Assembly (NCBI GenBank): GCA_029012285.1
Contig: JAQXLU010000038.1
Span: 4,440 to 68,439 of the forward strand
Source of the DNA: Clostridiales bacterium
GTDB taxonomy: Bacteria > Bacillota > Clostridia > Christensenellales > Aristaeellaceae
Length of the DNA stretch: 64,000 nt
Direction of reading: 5' to 3'
A program made the position numbers and the translations under genes. Below the pieces are notes generated by a model, which was not told the DNA's origin, did no database searches, and saw nothing but the letters and a program-made list of their open reading frames with translations. Below are positions 27,509-36,901 of this stretch, piece by piece. The first letter of the stretch is position 1; each line of letters begins with the position of its first letter.

Positions 27509-28074
27509 ATACGCCCAACAAACTGAGCCTGCTGCGGGTGGCGCTGATCCCCGCCATGGTTGTGCTGATGTACCTCCCCGGCTGGCCGATGGTGCTGCTT
27601 TCCACGGCGGTGTTTGGCGCGGCAGCCTACACCGACTACCTGGATGGGCACATCGCCCGCCGGGACGGCATCGTGACGGATTTCGGCAAGTTCATCGACC
27701 CCGTGGCGGACAAGCTGCTCAACCTGTCCGCGATGATCATGCTGACCCTGGCGGGCTGCATGCCCCACTGGGCGGTGATCGTCGTCCTGGCCCGGGAGCT
27801 GGCGGTGGACGGCTTGCGCATGGTCGCCGTGGGCCAGGGCCGGGTGATTGCCGCAGGCAAGCTGGGCAAGATCAAGACCGTCAGCCAGATGGTGATGATC
27901 CTCTTTCTGATGCTGCCCGGCCGCCTGGCGCCCATGTTCTGCACCGTGAGCGTTGTGCTGACTGCCGTGCGCGCGCTGGGCTGGGCGATGATCGCCTGGG
28001 TGGCCATCATCACCGTATGGAGCGGCGTGGATTATTTTGTCCGGAACTTTGACGTGATTCGCAATGCCAAATAA
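27505..28074 (+). CDS. pgsA: CDP-diacylglycerol--glycerol-3-phosphate 3-phosphatidyltransferase
   Basis: It carries the CDP-alcohol phosphatidyltransferase motif DYLDGHIARRDGIVTDFGKFIDPVADK. It overlaps the rimO stop through ATGA. Confidence 0.9.
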   Translation: MNTPNKLSLLRVALIPAMVVLMYLPGWPMVLLSTAVFGAAAYTDYLDGHIARRDGIVTDFGKFIDPVADKLLNLSAMIMLTLAGCMPHWAVIVVLARELAVDGLRMVAVGQGRVIAAGKLGKIKTVSQMVMILFLMLPGRLAPMFCTVSVVLTAVRALGWAMIAWVAIITVWSGVDYFVRNFDVIRNAK

Positions 28075-28081
28075 GGCGCAA

Positions 28082-28114
28082 GGGCGAGCCTGCCAGTGAG
28101 CGGCTCGCCTTTTG
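28082..28114 (+). terminator. Rho-independent terminator after pgsA
   Basis: GGGCGAGCC-TGCCAGTGAGC-GGCTCGCC followed by TTTTG. Confidence 0.7.
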
Positions 28115-28318
28115 CGTTGTGCCCGGGCGATTGTGTTTGCGCGTAATGCATGCCATAATACGCCCATCGAACGAAACTATGGGACGAATGGAAAATCCCG
28201 GCGTGGTAAAGCCGCCGATGCCGAGGATGGGAGCACCATCCTCCGGAATACCACCCGGTACGATCATTCCATCCGCGGCTGGGGCGAAAACGCGAATCCC
28301 TGAGCAATGCGGGCATCA

Positions 28319-28359
28319 CAAAAGCAGGCTGCACAGCATTTCGTGTAGCCTGCTTTTCC
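28319..28359. terminator. Bidirectional-looking terminator hairpin downstream of the GGDEF gene
   Basis: The stem is AAAGCAGGCT / AGCCTGCTTT, flanked by A-runs and T-runs on both sides. Confidence 0.6.
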
Positions 28360-28383
28360 ATGCCTTCGAGGGGGCTTGAGGAA

Positions 28384-29451
28384 CTACGCATCCACCTCGA
28401 CCCGGTTGCGCCCGTTTTCCTTGGCGCGGTACAGCGCCTTGTCAGCCCTGGCGATCAGGTCCGACAGCTTGCCGCTGCCCTTCGCCACGCCGATGCTGAT
28501 GGTCACCTTCAGCTGTTTGGAGCTGTTGGGAATCTGCACCACCATGTTCTCCACGGCTTGGCGGAGCGCGTCCGGGTCGGTCATGCTGCGCGCGTCTGGG
28601 AACCATACCACGAATTCCTCGCCGCCCCAGCGGCAGATTCGGGCATCCTTGATTCGGGAGGCCAGCTGAGCCACACGGGCCAGCGTCAGGTCGCCGATGT
28701 CGTGGCCGTAGGAGTCGTTCACCGCTTTGAAATGGTCGATGTCCAGGATGAACACGGCCTGTTCCTCGGCCGCGGCGATCCGCTGATGCTCCTCCATCAG
28801 GCCCTGGCGGTTGAGCAAGTTGGTCAGGCAATCGTGGGCGGAGAGGTATTCATAGCGGTTGCGAAGCTGGTCGAGCTGCTTCTGTGTGGCTTCGCGGATG
28901 ATCTCCAGCAGCAGCGACAGGAAGAAGAATGCCGCGTAGAGCAGCGGGAAGCGCATCATGAAGGTCGCGCTGTACTCATAGCGCAGGCAGGAACGGCCAA
29001 TGGGTGTCCAGAAGAGGAAGATGAGGATGATAAACATCAGGATGGACAGCACCGTGGCCTGTTTCCGCCCGAAGAGGAGCATGCCGCAGGCGGGGAGCAT
29101 CACGACCCAGATAGCGGAGAAGCCCTCCGGGTTGCCGGACACGATGAAGAACGTGAAGAGGAGTATGATCTCGACAACAAACACCATGGACACGATGAAC
29201 GCGCCCTTCCCCTCCGCATAGCATGTGCCGTCGGGGTGCTTGCCGGGCTTGGACAGGCGCATGACGATGAAGTTCACCGCGCACAGCACTGTGAAAACGC
29301 CTGTGGCCCAGGCGAGGTATCCCTTGCGGGTGATGATGTTCAGTACCGTCATAAGGGCGGAGATGATGCCCAGGAGCATGAACACCGTCAGGTATTGCAG
29401 CCGCCGGCGACGGCCCTCGTCGGTGATGATTTGCGCAAGCTTTTCTCGCAT
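28384..29451 (-). CDS. Membrane-bound diguanylate cyclase (GGDEF domain, GGEEF active-site motif)
   Basis: The N-terminal half has about 5-6 TM helices. The catalytic region reads ILDIDHFKAVNDSYGHDIGD...RWGGEEFVVWF. The ATG at 29451 (MREKLAQ) follows AAAGGA. Confidence 0.85.
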   Translation of the reverse strand: MREKLAQIITDEGRRRRLQYLTVFMLLGIISALMTVLNIITRKGYLAWATGVFTVLCAVNFIVMRLSKPGKHPDGTCYAEGKGAFIVSMVFVVEIILLFTFFIVSGNPEGFSAIWVVMLPACGMLLFGRKQATVLSILMFIILIFLFWTPIGRSCLRYEYSATFMMRFPLLYAAFFFLSLLLEIIREATQKQLDQLRNRYEYLSAHDCLTNLLNRQGLMEEHQRIAAAEEQAVFILDIDHFKAVNDSYGHDIGDLTLARVAQLASRIKDARICRWGGEEFVVWFPDARSMTDPDALRQAVENMVVQIPNSSKQLKVTISIGVAKGSGKLSDLIARADKALYRAKENGRNRVEVDA

Positions 29452-29515
29452 GTATCCGATCCTTTCTTTCCCGTGGGTCGGGCTTGGCTGCCTGCCGCCC
29501 TTGGCGGGCGAGGAA

Positions 29516-32500
29516 TTATGGTTGCAGGATGAGCTGCAGGGCATGGAGCAGCTTCTCCACGCGGATGGGCTTGGCGATGAAGCCGTCCATGCCTGCGGCG
29601 AAGGCCTTTTGCCGATCCTCGGCAAAGGCGTTGGCCGTCATGGCGACAATCGGGATGCGGGCCTTGGCCGGGTCATCCAGTGCGCGGATCTGGCGCGTGG
29701 CCTCGTACCCGTCCATGTGGGGCATCATGATGTCCATCAGGATCAGGTCGTAATGCCCGGGGGCGGCGGCTTTCATCGTGGCGACGGCTTCATCGCCGTC
29801 GGATACCACATCCACCGTGAAGCCCATGGCCTTCAATATCTCCACGGCAATTTCCTGGTTCAGCTCGTTGTCCTCCACCAGCAGCAGCCGCTTGCCGGTG
29901 TAATCGACAGCGGGCATTTGATGGGCTTCCGCCGGGGGCTGCGCGTCCCCTTCGCACAGGATGCCTTGCAGCTCCGACAGGAAGAGGGGCTTGGGGCAGA
30001 AGTGGGTCACGCCGGCTTGGCGGGCCTCGGCCTCGATGTCCGACCAGTCATAGGCGGCAAGGATGATGCGGGCCTCGCTGACGAGGTGCTGGCGGATGCC
30101 GTGCGCCACCTCGACGGCACGCATGTCCGCCAGATCGCCGTCGATGATGCAGGCATGGAATGCCTCACCCTGATCCGTGGCAGACCGGACGCGGCGGATG
30201 GCTTCCTCGCCGCTTTCAACGCCCACTGCCTGCATGCCAAGGTGGCTGAGCATGCTGCAAATGCGCGTGCGTGCGGCCTCGTCCTGGGCGGCGACCAGGG
30301 CCCGCTGGCCCCGCAGCGCCGGGAGGAGCTGGGCTACAAAGGGCTCGCCATTGCTCCTAAAGCGGAGGTTCACGATGAATTCGGAGCCCTTGCCGGCCTC
30401 GCTCTCCACCCGGATGCTGCCGCCCATCATATCCACGATGCTCTTGGTGATGGCCATGCCCAAGCCGGTGCCCTGGATGCCGCTGACGGTGGAGGTGCGC
30501 TCGCGGGTGAAGGGCTCGAAGATGTGCGCCTGGAATTCCTGACTGATGCCGATGCCGCTGTCCTTGACGCGGAACTGAAAGTCCACAAACCCGGTGGGGG
30601 CGGTGCTTTGCTGGATGATCCCAAGGCGCACCGTGCCGCCGCTGGGGGTGAACTTCATGGCGTTGCTGAGCAAATTGAGCAGAATCTGATTGACGCGCAG
30701 CCGGTCGCAGATCACGTCCTCGTTGACCACATCCACTGTGTCGATGAAGAAGGCCAGCCGCCTTTTCTCAAGGTCCGTCTGCACGATGGTGCGCAGATCG
30801 CGGATCAGCGCGGGCAGATGCACCTCCCGCTCCTCAATGCGCATCTTGCCGGCCTCAATGCGGCTCATGTCCAGCACGTCGTTGATGAGGTTCATCAGGT
30901 GGCTGCCGGCGGTCTGTATCTTGCTGAGATAACCGACGACCTGCTCCGGCTGGTTCACGTGCGAGACCGCCAGGCTGGCAAAGCCGAGGATGGCGTTCAT
31001 GGGCGTGCGGATGTCGTGGCTCATGTTGTTCAGGAAGGTGGTTTTGGCCTGGTTGGCGCGCTCCGCCTGCTCCAGCGCATCCTTGAGGAGCTGCTGCTTT
31101 TCCTGCTCGGCGCGCACCGTGTTGTCCACATTGGCAAAGCCCAGCACCACATGCCGGAAGTCCGCCTCATCCTCCACCCGGGCCACGCGCAGCTGGGCGT
31201 AGAGTTCCTTATTGTCGCGGCGGATGCGGTACAGGTAGGAATAGGTCTTGTCCTGCCGGAGCAGCTCGTGCAGGTAGGCGGCGTCCGCAAAGCGCAGCAT
31301 CTCCTCCACTTGCTCGGGCAAGGTGAAGCGGCGGACGTAGCTGCCAAACACATCCTCCAGGGGATAGGCGTGGTTCAGCTCCACGCCGTAGACGCGCAGC
31401 GACGCGTCGGACAATCGGATGGGCATGGCGGTGCGCTCCACCAGATCGACATAGTACACAGAGGCGTATTCCTCCGAGAGAATCTGTAGCACCGAGGACT
31501 GGCGGTTGAGCGCAACCTCCTCCTGGAGCAGCTTTTCCTGCAAATGGAGCTTTTCGGCCGACAGCTTGGCCTCCTGGCGCAGCAGCTCCTCCTGTTTCTC
31601 CTTCTGGAAGCGCTCCGCCTCGTTCCGGCGGCCCTGGCGGAAGATGAACACATAGACGCTCAGCATCGTTATGATCACCAGGGCCAGCTGCACAAGGCTG
31701 CTCAGGTAGATGCGGTTGCTGGAGGAAAACACCTGCGAGCCGATCACGTTTTGCCGGATGCGGACGGAAACCATCCAGTCTGTGCCGGGGACGGGCTCGT
31801 AGTACAGGAAGGTTCTTCCTTCCTTGGCGGCATAGGCGGAATAGCCCGCCTGGCGGTTGTTCCAGTCGGAAATCATCTGATCTGCGGAATAGATGCCAGA
31901 GAAGGAGCAATCGTTTTGCCACACGTCAAAGATGCTGCTGCCGTCGGCGTAGCGGCCCTCCAGCTCCACCAGGCAGGTGCCGTCGTCACCGTCAAACAAG
32001 CGGCAAACCACCTGGTTGTTCACGCCCTGGAGCTGCTGCACGGTGATGATGTCCGCCACATTCACACCTGTGATGCAGCTGACGATGTGGGTATTGCCAA
32101 AGCGCAGACGCTCGGTGGGTGCGCCGATGAACATCATGGCGTGGGCCTGGTCGGTGGTGATGGTGAACAGGGTGGGCTCGGAGATCGGGCCTGTGAGCGG
32201 GCCAAGCCACTCCGGGCGGGCATAGGTTCCGCCGGCCGTGTAGACAACGCCGTTTTCATCCACCGCGGCATAGACGGTCAGGCCATTGAGCCGCTGCACC
32301 ATCGCCAGGTAGTTGCGCAGCGTGGTTTCGGAGGTGAGGCAGCTTTCATCCAGGCCCTCGGCAGCCCGAAGCAGCTGGGCCTTGCAGGCTTCCAGCTGCG
32401 CGTTGATCTCATAGACGGTTCTGTCTGCCATTTCCTCCAGGTAGAATTCACCCAGCGCGGTGGCGGTGCTATCCGCCGCCTTGCGCGATATATACCCGAA

Positions 32501-32608
32501 GGTCAATGTGGACAAAACGATAATCACCCCAGCCAGGAAGATGACGCCCAATGTGATCAGATCGGAGCGGTTCATCCTGTTGCCGCGGGGGGTGCGACGC
32601 TTCTCCAT
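29516..32608 (-). CDS. Hybrid sensor histidine kinase with a large extracytoplasmic domain, HisKA/HATPase core, and REC-like plus REC receiver domains
   Basis: The H-box is [15 protein letters not shown] and the G2 box is [13 protein letters not shown]. The receiver reads [46 protein letters not shown]. Two TM segments flank about 270 extracytoplasmic residues. The start is uncertain (ATG 32608, TTG 32632 or ATG 32575). Confidence 0.85.
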   Translation of the reverse strand: MEKRRTPRGNRMNRSDLITLGVIFLAGVIIVLSTLTFGYISRKAADSTATALGEFYLEEMADRTVYEINAQLEACKAQLLRAAEGLDESCLTSETTLRNYLAMVQRLNGLTVYAAVDENGVVYTAGGTYARPEWLGPLTGPISEPTLFTITTDQAHAMMFIGAPTERLRFGNTHIVSCITGVNVADIITVQQLQGVNNQVVCRLFDGDDGTCLVELEGRYADGSSIFDVWQNDCSFSGIYSADQMISDWNNRQAGYSAYAAKEGRTFLYYEPVPGTDWMVSVRIRQNVIGSQVFSSSNRIYLSSLVQLALVIITMLSVYVFIFRQGRRNEAERFQKEKQEELLRQEAKLSAEKLHLQEKLLQEEVALNRQSSVLQILSEEYASVYYVDLVERTAMPIRLSDASLRVYGVELNHAYPLEDVFGSYVRRFTLPEQVEEMLRFADAAYLHELLRQDKTYSYLYRIRRDNKELYAQLRVARVEDEADFRHVVLGFANVDNTVRAEQEKQQLLKDALEQAERANQAKTTFLNNMSHDIRTPMNAILGFASLAVSHVNQPEQVVGYLSKIQTAGSHLMNLINDVLDMSRIEAGKMRIEEREVHLPALIRDLRTIVQTDLEKRRLAFFIDTVDVVNEDVICDRLRVNQILLNLLSNAMKFTPSGGTVRLGIIQQSTAPTGFVDFQFRVKDSGIGISQEFQAHIFEPFTRERTSTVSGIQGTGLGMAITKSIVDMMGGSIRVESEAGKGSEFIVNLRFRSNGEPFVAQLLPALRGQRALVAAQDEAARTRICSMLSHLGMQAVGVESGEEAIRRVRSATDQGEAFHACIIDGDLADMRAVEVAHGIRQHLVSEARIILAAYDWSDIEAEARQAGVTHFCPKPLFLSELQGILCEGDAQPPAEAHQMPAVDYTGKRLLLVEDNELNQEIAVEILKAMGFTVDVVSDGDEAVATMKAAAPGHYDLILMDIMMPHMDGYEATRQIRALDDPAKARIPIVAMTANAFAEDRQKAFAAGMDGFIAKPIRVEKLLHALQLILQP

Positions 32609-32832
32609 CTTCACCTCATCCTCATCCTGCAAAGCCGGTGTGGCTTCTCATCATTCTCCGCATGGGGGTAATTACGCGGAGATTGTCTGCATCTGTGCAT
32701 GCTTGCATAGTAATCGTGCGGGAATACCTGCATTATACCACGGGAAACGGCGGTTCGCAATGCTTCTGAAGGACTTGGCGGCGAAATTCGACAGCTTTCG
32801 ACAGGGAAGGGGCCGTTCACCCATGACAGCAC

Positions 32833-32862
32833 AAAAAAACCTGACAAGCAAGCTTGTCAGGG
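32833..32862 (-). terminator. Rho-independent terminator after tRNA-Val
   Basis: The minus strand reads CCTGACAAGC-TT-GCTTGTCAGG followed by TTTTTTT. Confidence 0.8.
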
Positions 32863-32865
32863 AAG

Positions 32866-32938
32866 TGGTCGCAACAGGACTCGAACCTGTGACCCCATCG
32901 ATGTGAACGATGTGCTCTACCAACTGAGCCATGCGACC
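32866..32938 (-). tRNA. tRNA-Val (anticodon CAC)
   Basis: I folded the cloverleaf by hand. Acceptor stem is GGTCGCA/TGCGACC, D stem GCTC/GAGC, anticodon stem CATCG/CGATG with loop TTCACAT, and T stem ACAGG/CCTGT with loop TTCGAGT. CCA is not encoded. Confidence 0.9.
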
Positions 32939-32973
32939 ATGCTGCGGTACGTTGTCGCTTAGCGACATGTAGG

Positions 32974-33002
32974 ATCATACCACAGCCGGGGTGAAATGTC
33001 AA
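32974..33002 (-). promoter_or_regulatory. Promoter of tRNA-Val: TTGACA-17-TATGAT (TGn-extended) with an AT-rich upstream element
   Basis: The minus strand reads ACAATTTTTATTTTGGGGCTTGACATTTCACCCCGGCTGTGGTATGAT. Confidence 0.6.
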
Positions 33003-33048
33003 GCCCCAAAATAAAAATTGTGAAAGAAATCCGTTGACCGGGCGGAGC

Positions 33049-34611
33049 TCACCTGCGCCACAGCACCTGCCCGGCATCGCCCCAGCTCTGGATGGCCTGC
33101 TCGACGGGCATGATGGTGTTCAGGTAGGCGATGCGCTCCTTCACACCCCGGTAGGCTTCGTTCAGGGTGATGGCGCCATCGCCGTTGCTGTCGGCGGGCA
33201 AGCGGCCCAGGGCGGCCTTCTGCCATGCGTCATAGCCGCTGCCGTAGCACAGCCCGTAGGTGAAGGCGCCAAACATGTTCTGGCTGTTTTCCCCCACGGA
33301 TACGGACATCTGATCCTGCCTGCAGGCGGTGAGCACCACAAAGCCGGCATCCTTAAGGTTCTCCGAGGATCGGGAGGCCGAGGACAGCGCGCTGATGATG
33401 GCGCCGTTGAAGGCCGATGGGCTGGCCGCAGCGCGGCTGATGGCGCTGCCGGAATAGCAGCAGTCCAGCAGCACAATCTTCAGGCCGGGCACCTGCTGCA
33501 ATGCGCTGCGCAGGCTGTAGACCGACATAAGGGTATCCCCGGTGCCGACCAGTTCCCCCTTGGGGGTGCCGTGCCCGCTGAAGTAGAACAGGGACACATC
33601 GGTATCCTTCGCGCCGGAAAAGGAGGAGGCGATGGCGGACTGGATGCCCGCAGCGCTGCTGTTGCGCACGGTGCTCAGCTTATATGGCGTGCCGGACATG
33701 CTGCCCAGCATGGTGCGCATGGCGGATAGATCGGCAGCGGGGCCGTTGAGCTCGATGGCCTCCCCGTCGTAGGAGTTGCCCACCAGCAGCGCCCGGTAGA
33801 CGGGCTGGGGCGCGGTCACGGTGAGTTGTCCGCCTGTTGCGCTGGCCGTATCCCCCAGAGCGTCCCTGGCGGTGACGGTCACGGTGCACAACCCGTCTGA
33901 ACGGGGGGTATAGGCCACGGTGGGGTCAGCGGTGGTGAGGGCTTCGCTAACCCCATCCTGCTCGAAAAGCCATGTATAGCTGACCTCGCCGTATGCGCCG
34001 GTGATCTCAGCCGTCCAGGTGACGGTGCGGCCCAGGGTGATTTCGGCTGCATCCGGCTGGGGGCCGGTCAGGAACATCGTCTGATACGCCGTGGTGTTCA
34101 TGCCCGCTACCTGCCCGAGGTAGGCAGGCACCCGCACCTCGGTCACATGCGTGGCGGACAGGTACAGCTTGTCCACGGAGGTGACGGGCGCACCCTTTAG
34201 CAGCTTGGGGATGGTGACGCTGCCGGAAAGGCTCGCCGGGGCCTTCGCGCACAGGGGCAGGGCCGTGTCGGTCACGGTGTAGTGCAGCCCCTCGTGGGTC
34301 ACGAGGGTGGCGGCATCGTAGAAGCTGCCCAGGCTCGCCGCCGGGGAGGAGGCAGGCCCGAACACGAAGGCTGCGCCGCCGCCATTGGTCAGCACGGTGG
34401 AAGCGCCCTGCAAATAGATATACGATGCGCCGCTGCCGCGAAGCACGTCCGCGCCCAGACGCTTGACGGAGGCGGGGAAGATCAGCGCGTCGATGGCGGT
34501 GTCCGCGAAGGCCTCGTCCTCCACCTCGGTGACGGAGGCGGGCAGGGTCACCTCAGCCAGGGCGGAGATGGGCAGCAGCAGCGCAAGGAGCAGGAGCAGC
34601 AAACGCTTCAT
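33049..34611 (-). CDS. Secreted multidomain caspase-family (peptidase C14) protein: signal peptide, BspA-type LRR region, PKD/Ig-like domain, caspase domain, C-terminal Ca-binding-loop-like motif
   Basis: The signal peptide is MKRLLLLLLALLLPISALA and the LRR_5-like region reads TLPASVTEVEDEAFADTAIDALIFPASVKRLG. A PKD-like region reads VSYTWLFEQDG..TVTVTARD. The caspase dyad contexts are FYFSGHG and IVLLDCCYSGS. The C-terminal motif is DSNGDGAITLNEAY. Confidence 0.75.
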   Translation of the reverse strand: MKRLLLLLLALLLPISALAEVTLPASVTEVEDEAFADTAIDALIFPASVKRLGADVLRGSGASYIYLQGASTVLTNGGGAAFVFGPASSPAASLGSFYDAATLVTHEGLHYTVTDTALPLCAKAPASLSGSVTIPKLLKGAPVTSVDKLYLSATHVTEVRVPAYLGQVAGMNTTAYQTMFLTGPQPDAAEITLGRTVTWTAEITGAYGEVSYTWLFEQDGVSEALTTADPTVAYTPRSDGLCTVTVTARDALGDTASATGGQLTVTAPQPVYRALLVGNSYDGEAIELNGPAADLSAMRTMLGSMSGTPYKLSTVRNSSAAGIQSAIASSFSGAKDTDVSLFYFSGHGTPKGELVGTGDTLMSVYSLRSALQQVPGLKIVLLDCCYSGSAISRAAASPSAFNGAIISALSSASRSSENLKDAGFVVLTACRQDQMSVSVGENSQNMFGAFTYGLCYGSGYDAWQKAALGRLPADSNGDGAITLNEAYRGVKERIAYLNTIMPVEQAIQSWGDAGQVLWRR

Positions 34612-34628
34612 GGCATACCTCCGGCGAA

Positions 34629-35825
34629 TTATTCGGCGGGCAGGAAGGGCAGGGTCAAACTGGACATTCCCTCGGAGGAGTCCATCGCCGCCAGCTCCTT
34701 TTCCTTCTCGGTCACCAGCTGCTTGAGCGCTTTGTTCTGCGCGTTCTTCAGGTCGTAGTTCATGTCAACCTGCATCAGGCGCAGCACATTCGCGCCCAGA
34801 CGGCCGGTGACGAACTTGGGCTGGTAGGTGTTGGGCTGATTTTCCCGGCCAACGCGGTCGACGGAGGTGGTCTGTACGGGGTAGAGGGTCAGCTGCTGCC
34901 CCTTGTAAACGCCCTGGTCATCAAAGGTCAGCACGGCCCGGACGACGAGCGCCGGGGCTGCGTCCTGCACCTTGTCGCCCCGCGTCTGATAGGCGTAGCG
35001 GTTGCCGCCAAAGCAGAAATTCCCCAGGGAATACACCGCGCTGCGGTTGCCGATCACATCCATGCCCATCACCACATGGGCGTGGTGGCAGATCACCAGG
35101 TCAGCGCCGGCCTTCATGGCCATTTTGGTGAACACCGTCTGCGGCCCGGAGCGGTGGCGGCCGTACTCCTGGCCGCCGTGGAAGACGGCGATGACCGCGC
35201 TGGCCTCGCCGGACTGCTTGATCCGCGCAATCTCCTGGGCCAGGAATGCGCCGCAGCCCTCCGGTTGCCCCTGGAGGTAATCTTCCCAGTACACGCTCAC
35301 CAGGCAGATGGTCACGCCGTCCTTTTCAAAAAAGAGGAAGCGCTCGGTGTCGGTGGTGTGCCGGTTGTTCGTGCCGAACCAGGCCACCCCCGCAGCCTCC
35401 AGGGCCGCGATGGTGTCCCGCACCCCCTGCTCGCCATAGTCCCAGGTGTGGTTGTTGGCGATGGTGACCGCCTCCACGCTGGAGGAGGTGAGGACGCTGG
35501 TATACTCGGTCTTGCCCTTGAAGAAGTAGGAGCCGAGCTTGCCCTCCTGCACGGGCGGCAGGCTGTCGTTATCCGTCAGCACGCCCTCCAGGTTGATGAC
35601 GGTCAGATCGTCCTCGGCAAAGAAGTCGGCAAAGTTTTTCAGGAAGTATTCCGGGCCCTCCCGCTCATACACGGACGCGAAGGAATCTGGCTCCCCGGCG
35701 CGGTATTCCTCTCCGCCCAGGGTCACATCCCCCGTGAAGGTCAGCGTGATGGTGGTGTCCGCCAGCGCCAGGCAGGGCAGGAGCGCAAGGGCGCACAAGA
35801 TGAGCAGCAGTCGCAAAGATCGCAT
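34629..35825 (-). CDS. Secreted CapA-family (PGA_cap, metallophosphoesterase-like) protein
   Basis: The signal peptide is MRSLRLLLILCALALLPCLALA. Family motifs are LTFTGDVTLGG, ANNHTWDYG and VICHHAHVVMG. The RBS GGAGGAA overlaps the stop of the upstream gene. Confidence 0.8.
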   Translation of the reverse strand: MRSLRLLLILCALALLPCLALADTTITLTFTGDVTLGGEEYRAGEPDSFASVYEREGPEYFLKNFADFFAEDDLTVINLEGVLTDNDSLPPVQEGKLGSYFFKGKTEYTSVLTSSSVEAVTIANNHTWDYGEQGVRDTIAALEAAGVAWFGTNNRHTTDTERFLFFEKDGVTICLVSVYWEDYLQGQPEGCGAFLAQEIARIKQSGEASAVIAVFHGGQEYGRHRSGPQTVFTKMAMKAGADLVICHHAHVVMGMDVIGNRSAVYSLGNFCFGGNRYAYQTRGDKVQDAAPALVVRAVLTFDDQGVYKGQQLTLYPVQTTSVDRVGRENQPNTYQPKFVTGRLGANVLRLMQVDMNYDLKNAQNKALKQLVTEKEKELAAMDSSEGMSSLTLPFLPAE

Positions 35826-35837
35826 ATGGTTCCTCCT

Positions 35838-36611
35838 TTATGACGGGTTGGCCGCGACCGTTGCGTCAGGTAGCGCGCCGGGCGATAGCAGATAGGGGTC
35901 GTCCTTCGTGCCCGTACCGGACTGAATGTGCACCTGCGCCAGATCCAGCCAGCAAGCGGGCCGCAGCCCCAGGTTCTCCGTAATCACGTTGATATACCCC
36001 AGCTCCCCCTGGGATTTGATGCACCGCGCCCCCTGGATGTTGGTGGTGGACTGGGTGCAGCTCCAGTAGGGGCTGTGGCTGCCCCGGGCCGCCCGGTAGA
36101 CGAACACGCCGTTGGCGATGGCGTACTCGGTGGCCCAGGCCTTGCGGCTCTGGTTGGAATCAAAGCCGTAATCCTTGTTCTTCAGATCCTCAGAGGTCAG
36201 GAGGAAGAAGAGGCCCATCGCCTCGTCCGGGGTGATGAGCGCCATTTCCTCCGGGGTGAAGTGGGCGGTGAAGTCCCCCCGCAGGTACTGGCTCATTTCG
36301 GTTTGGGTGAAGTCGCCGTCAAAGCCAGGCTTTTTCTGGTTGGTGGGCTTGTTGGCGTATTCGTCGTAGTCGCCGTGGATGCGCCGGGCCTCCAGCACAT
36401 GCTCGGAGAGCAGCAGCGCACGGCTATCCTGCACGCTCAGCACCCGCCACAGGATGGGCAGCTCAGCCCCCTCCTTCGTCTGGGGGAAGGTGCCCAGGGT
36501 AAGGTACACATAGCCCTCCCTGGCGTCGTAGCCGCGCAATGCTTCCTCCGCGCAGGCGAAGGTGCACATGAGGATCAGGAGCAGACAGACAGGACGGAGG
36601 ATTTTCCGCAT
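35838..36611 (-). CDS. Secreted/lipoprotein-like hypothetical protein (DUF6273-like pattern)
   Basis: The signal is MRKILRPVCLLLILMCTFACA. The region LTLGTFPQTKEGAELPILWRVLSVQD...YWSCTQS...LGLRPACWLDL resembles the DUF6273-type family, which I recognised from memory only. Confidence 0.5.
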   Translation of the reverse strand: MRKILRPVCLLLILMCTFACAEEALRGYDAREGYVYLTLGTFPQTKEGAELPILWRVLSVQDSRALLLSEHVLEARRIHGDYDEYANKPTNQKKPGFDGDFTQTEMSQYLRGDFTAHFTPEEMALITPDEAMGLFFLLTSEDLKNKDYGFDSNQSRKAWATEYAIANGVFVYRAARGSHSPYWSCTQSTTNIQGARCIKSQGELGYINVITENLGLRPACWLDLAQVHIQSGTGTKDDPYLLSPGALPDATVAANPS

Positions 36612-36901
36612 GATCTCACAGCCTTTCCGGGTTTGTGACCGAAGTATTCAAGCCTATTTTACCATACATGATGGCGTTTTGTCCACCGATGCGGCAAAAT
36701 GAAGCGTGTGTTTCTGAATTCGCCAGGCGGCATTTCCGGCGTCTTTTCATGCTGGCATTGCAAGAAAACCCGCCCGAAACTGCACCCGTCTCATTTCAGA
36801 AGCACACGCCTGTCTTGTAAACGTCCCGTTCCGGGCCATTCCGGGATGGACTTTTCCGCCTGCATCTGCTATACTGCCAGGTAGAAAGGGAGGCGACCTT
36901 C

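Noticed and set aside
28112-28379. Short ORFs (63 and 86 aa, plus strand) and 28010..28267 (minus strand) between pgsA and the GGDEF gene
   Set aside because: They have no RBS and overlap the pgsA 3' end or terminators. Their sequences are low in information, so the region is probably non-coding spacer between convergent operons.
29225-32671. ORFs 29225..31489 (754 aa) and 31544..32671 (375 aa) on the plus strand
   Set aside because: They are antisense to the hybrid histidine kinase gene, whose H-box, G-box and REC motifs are clear.
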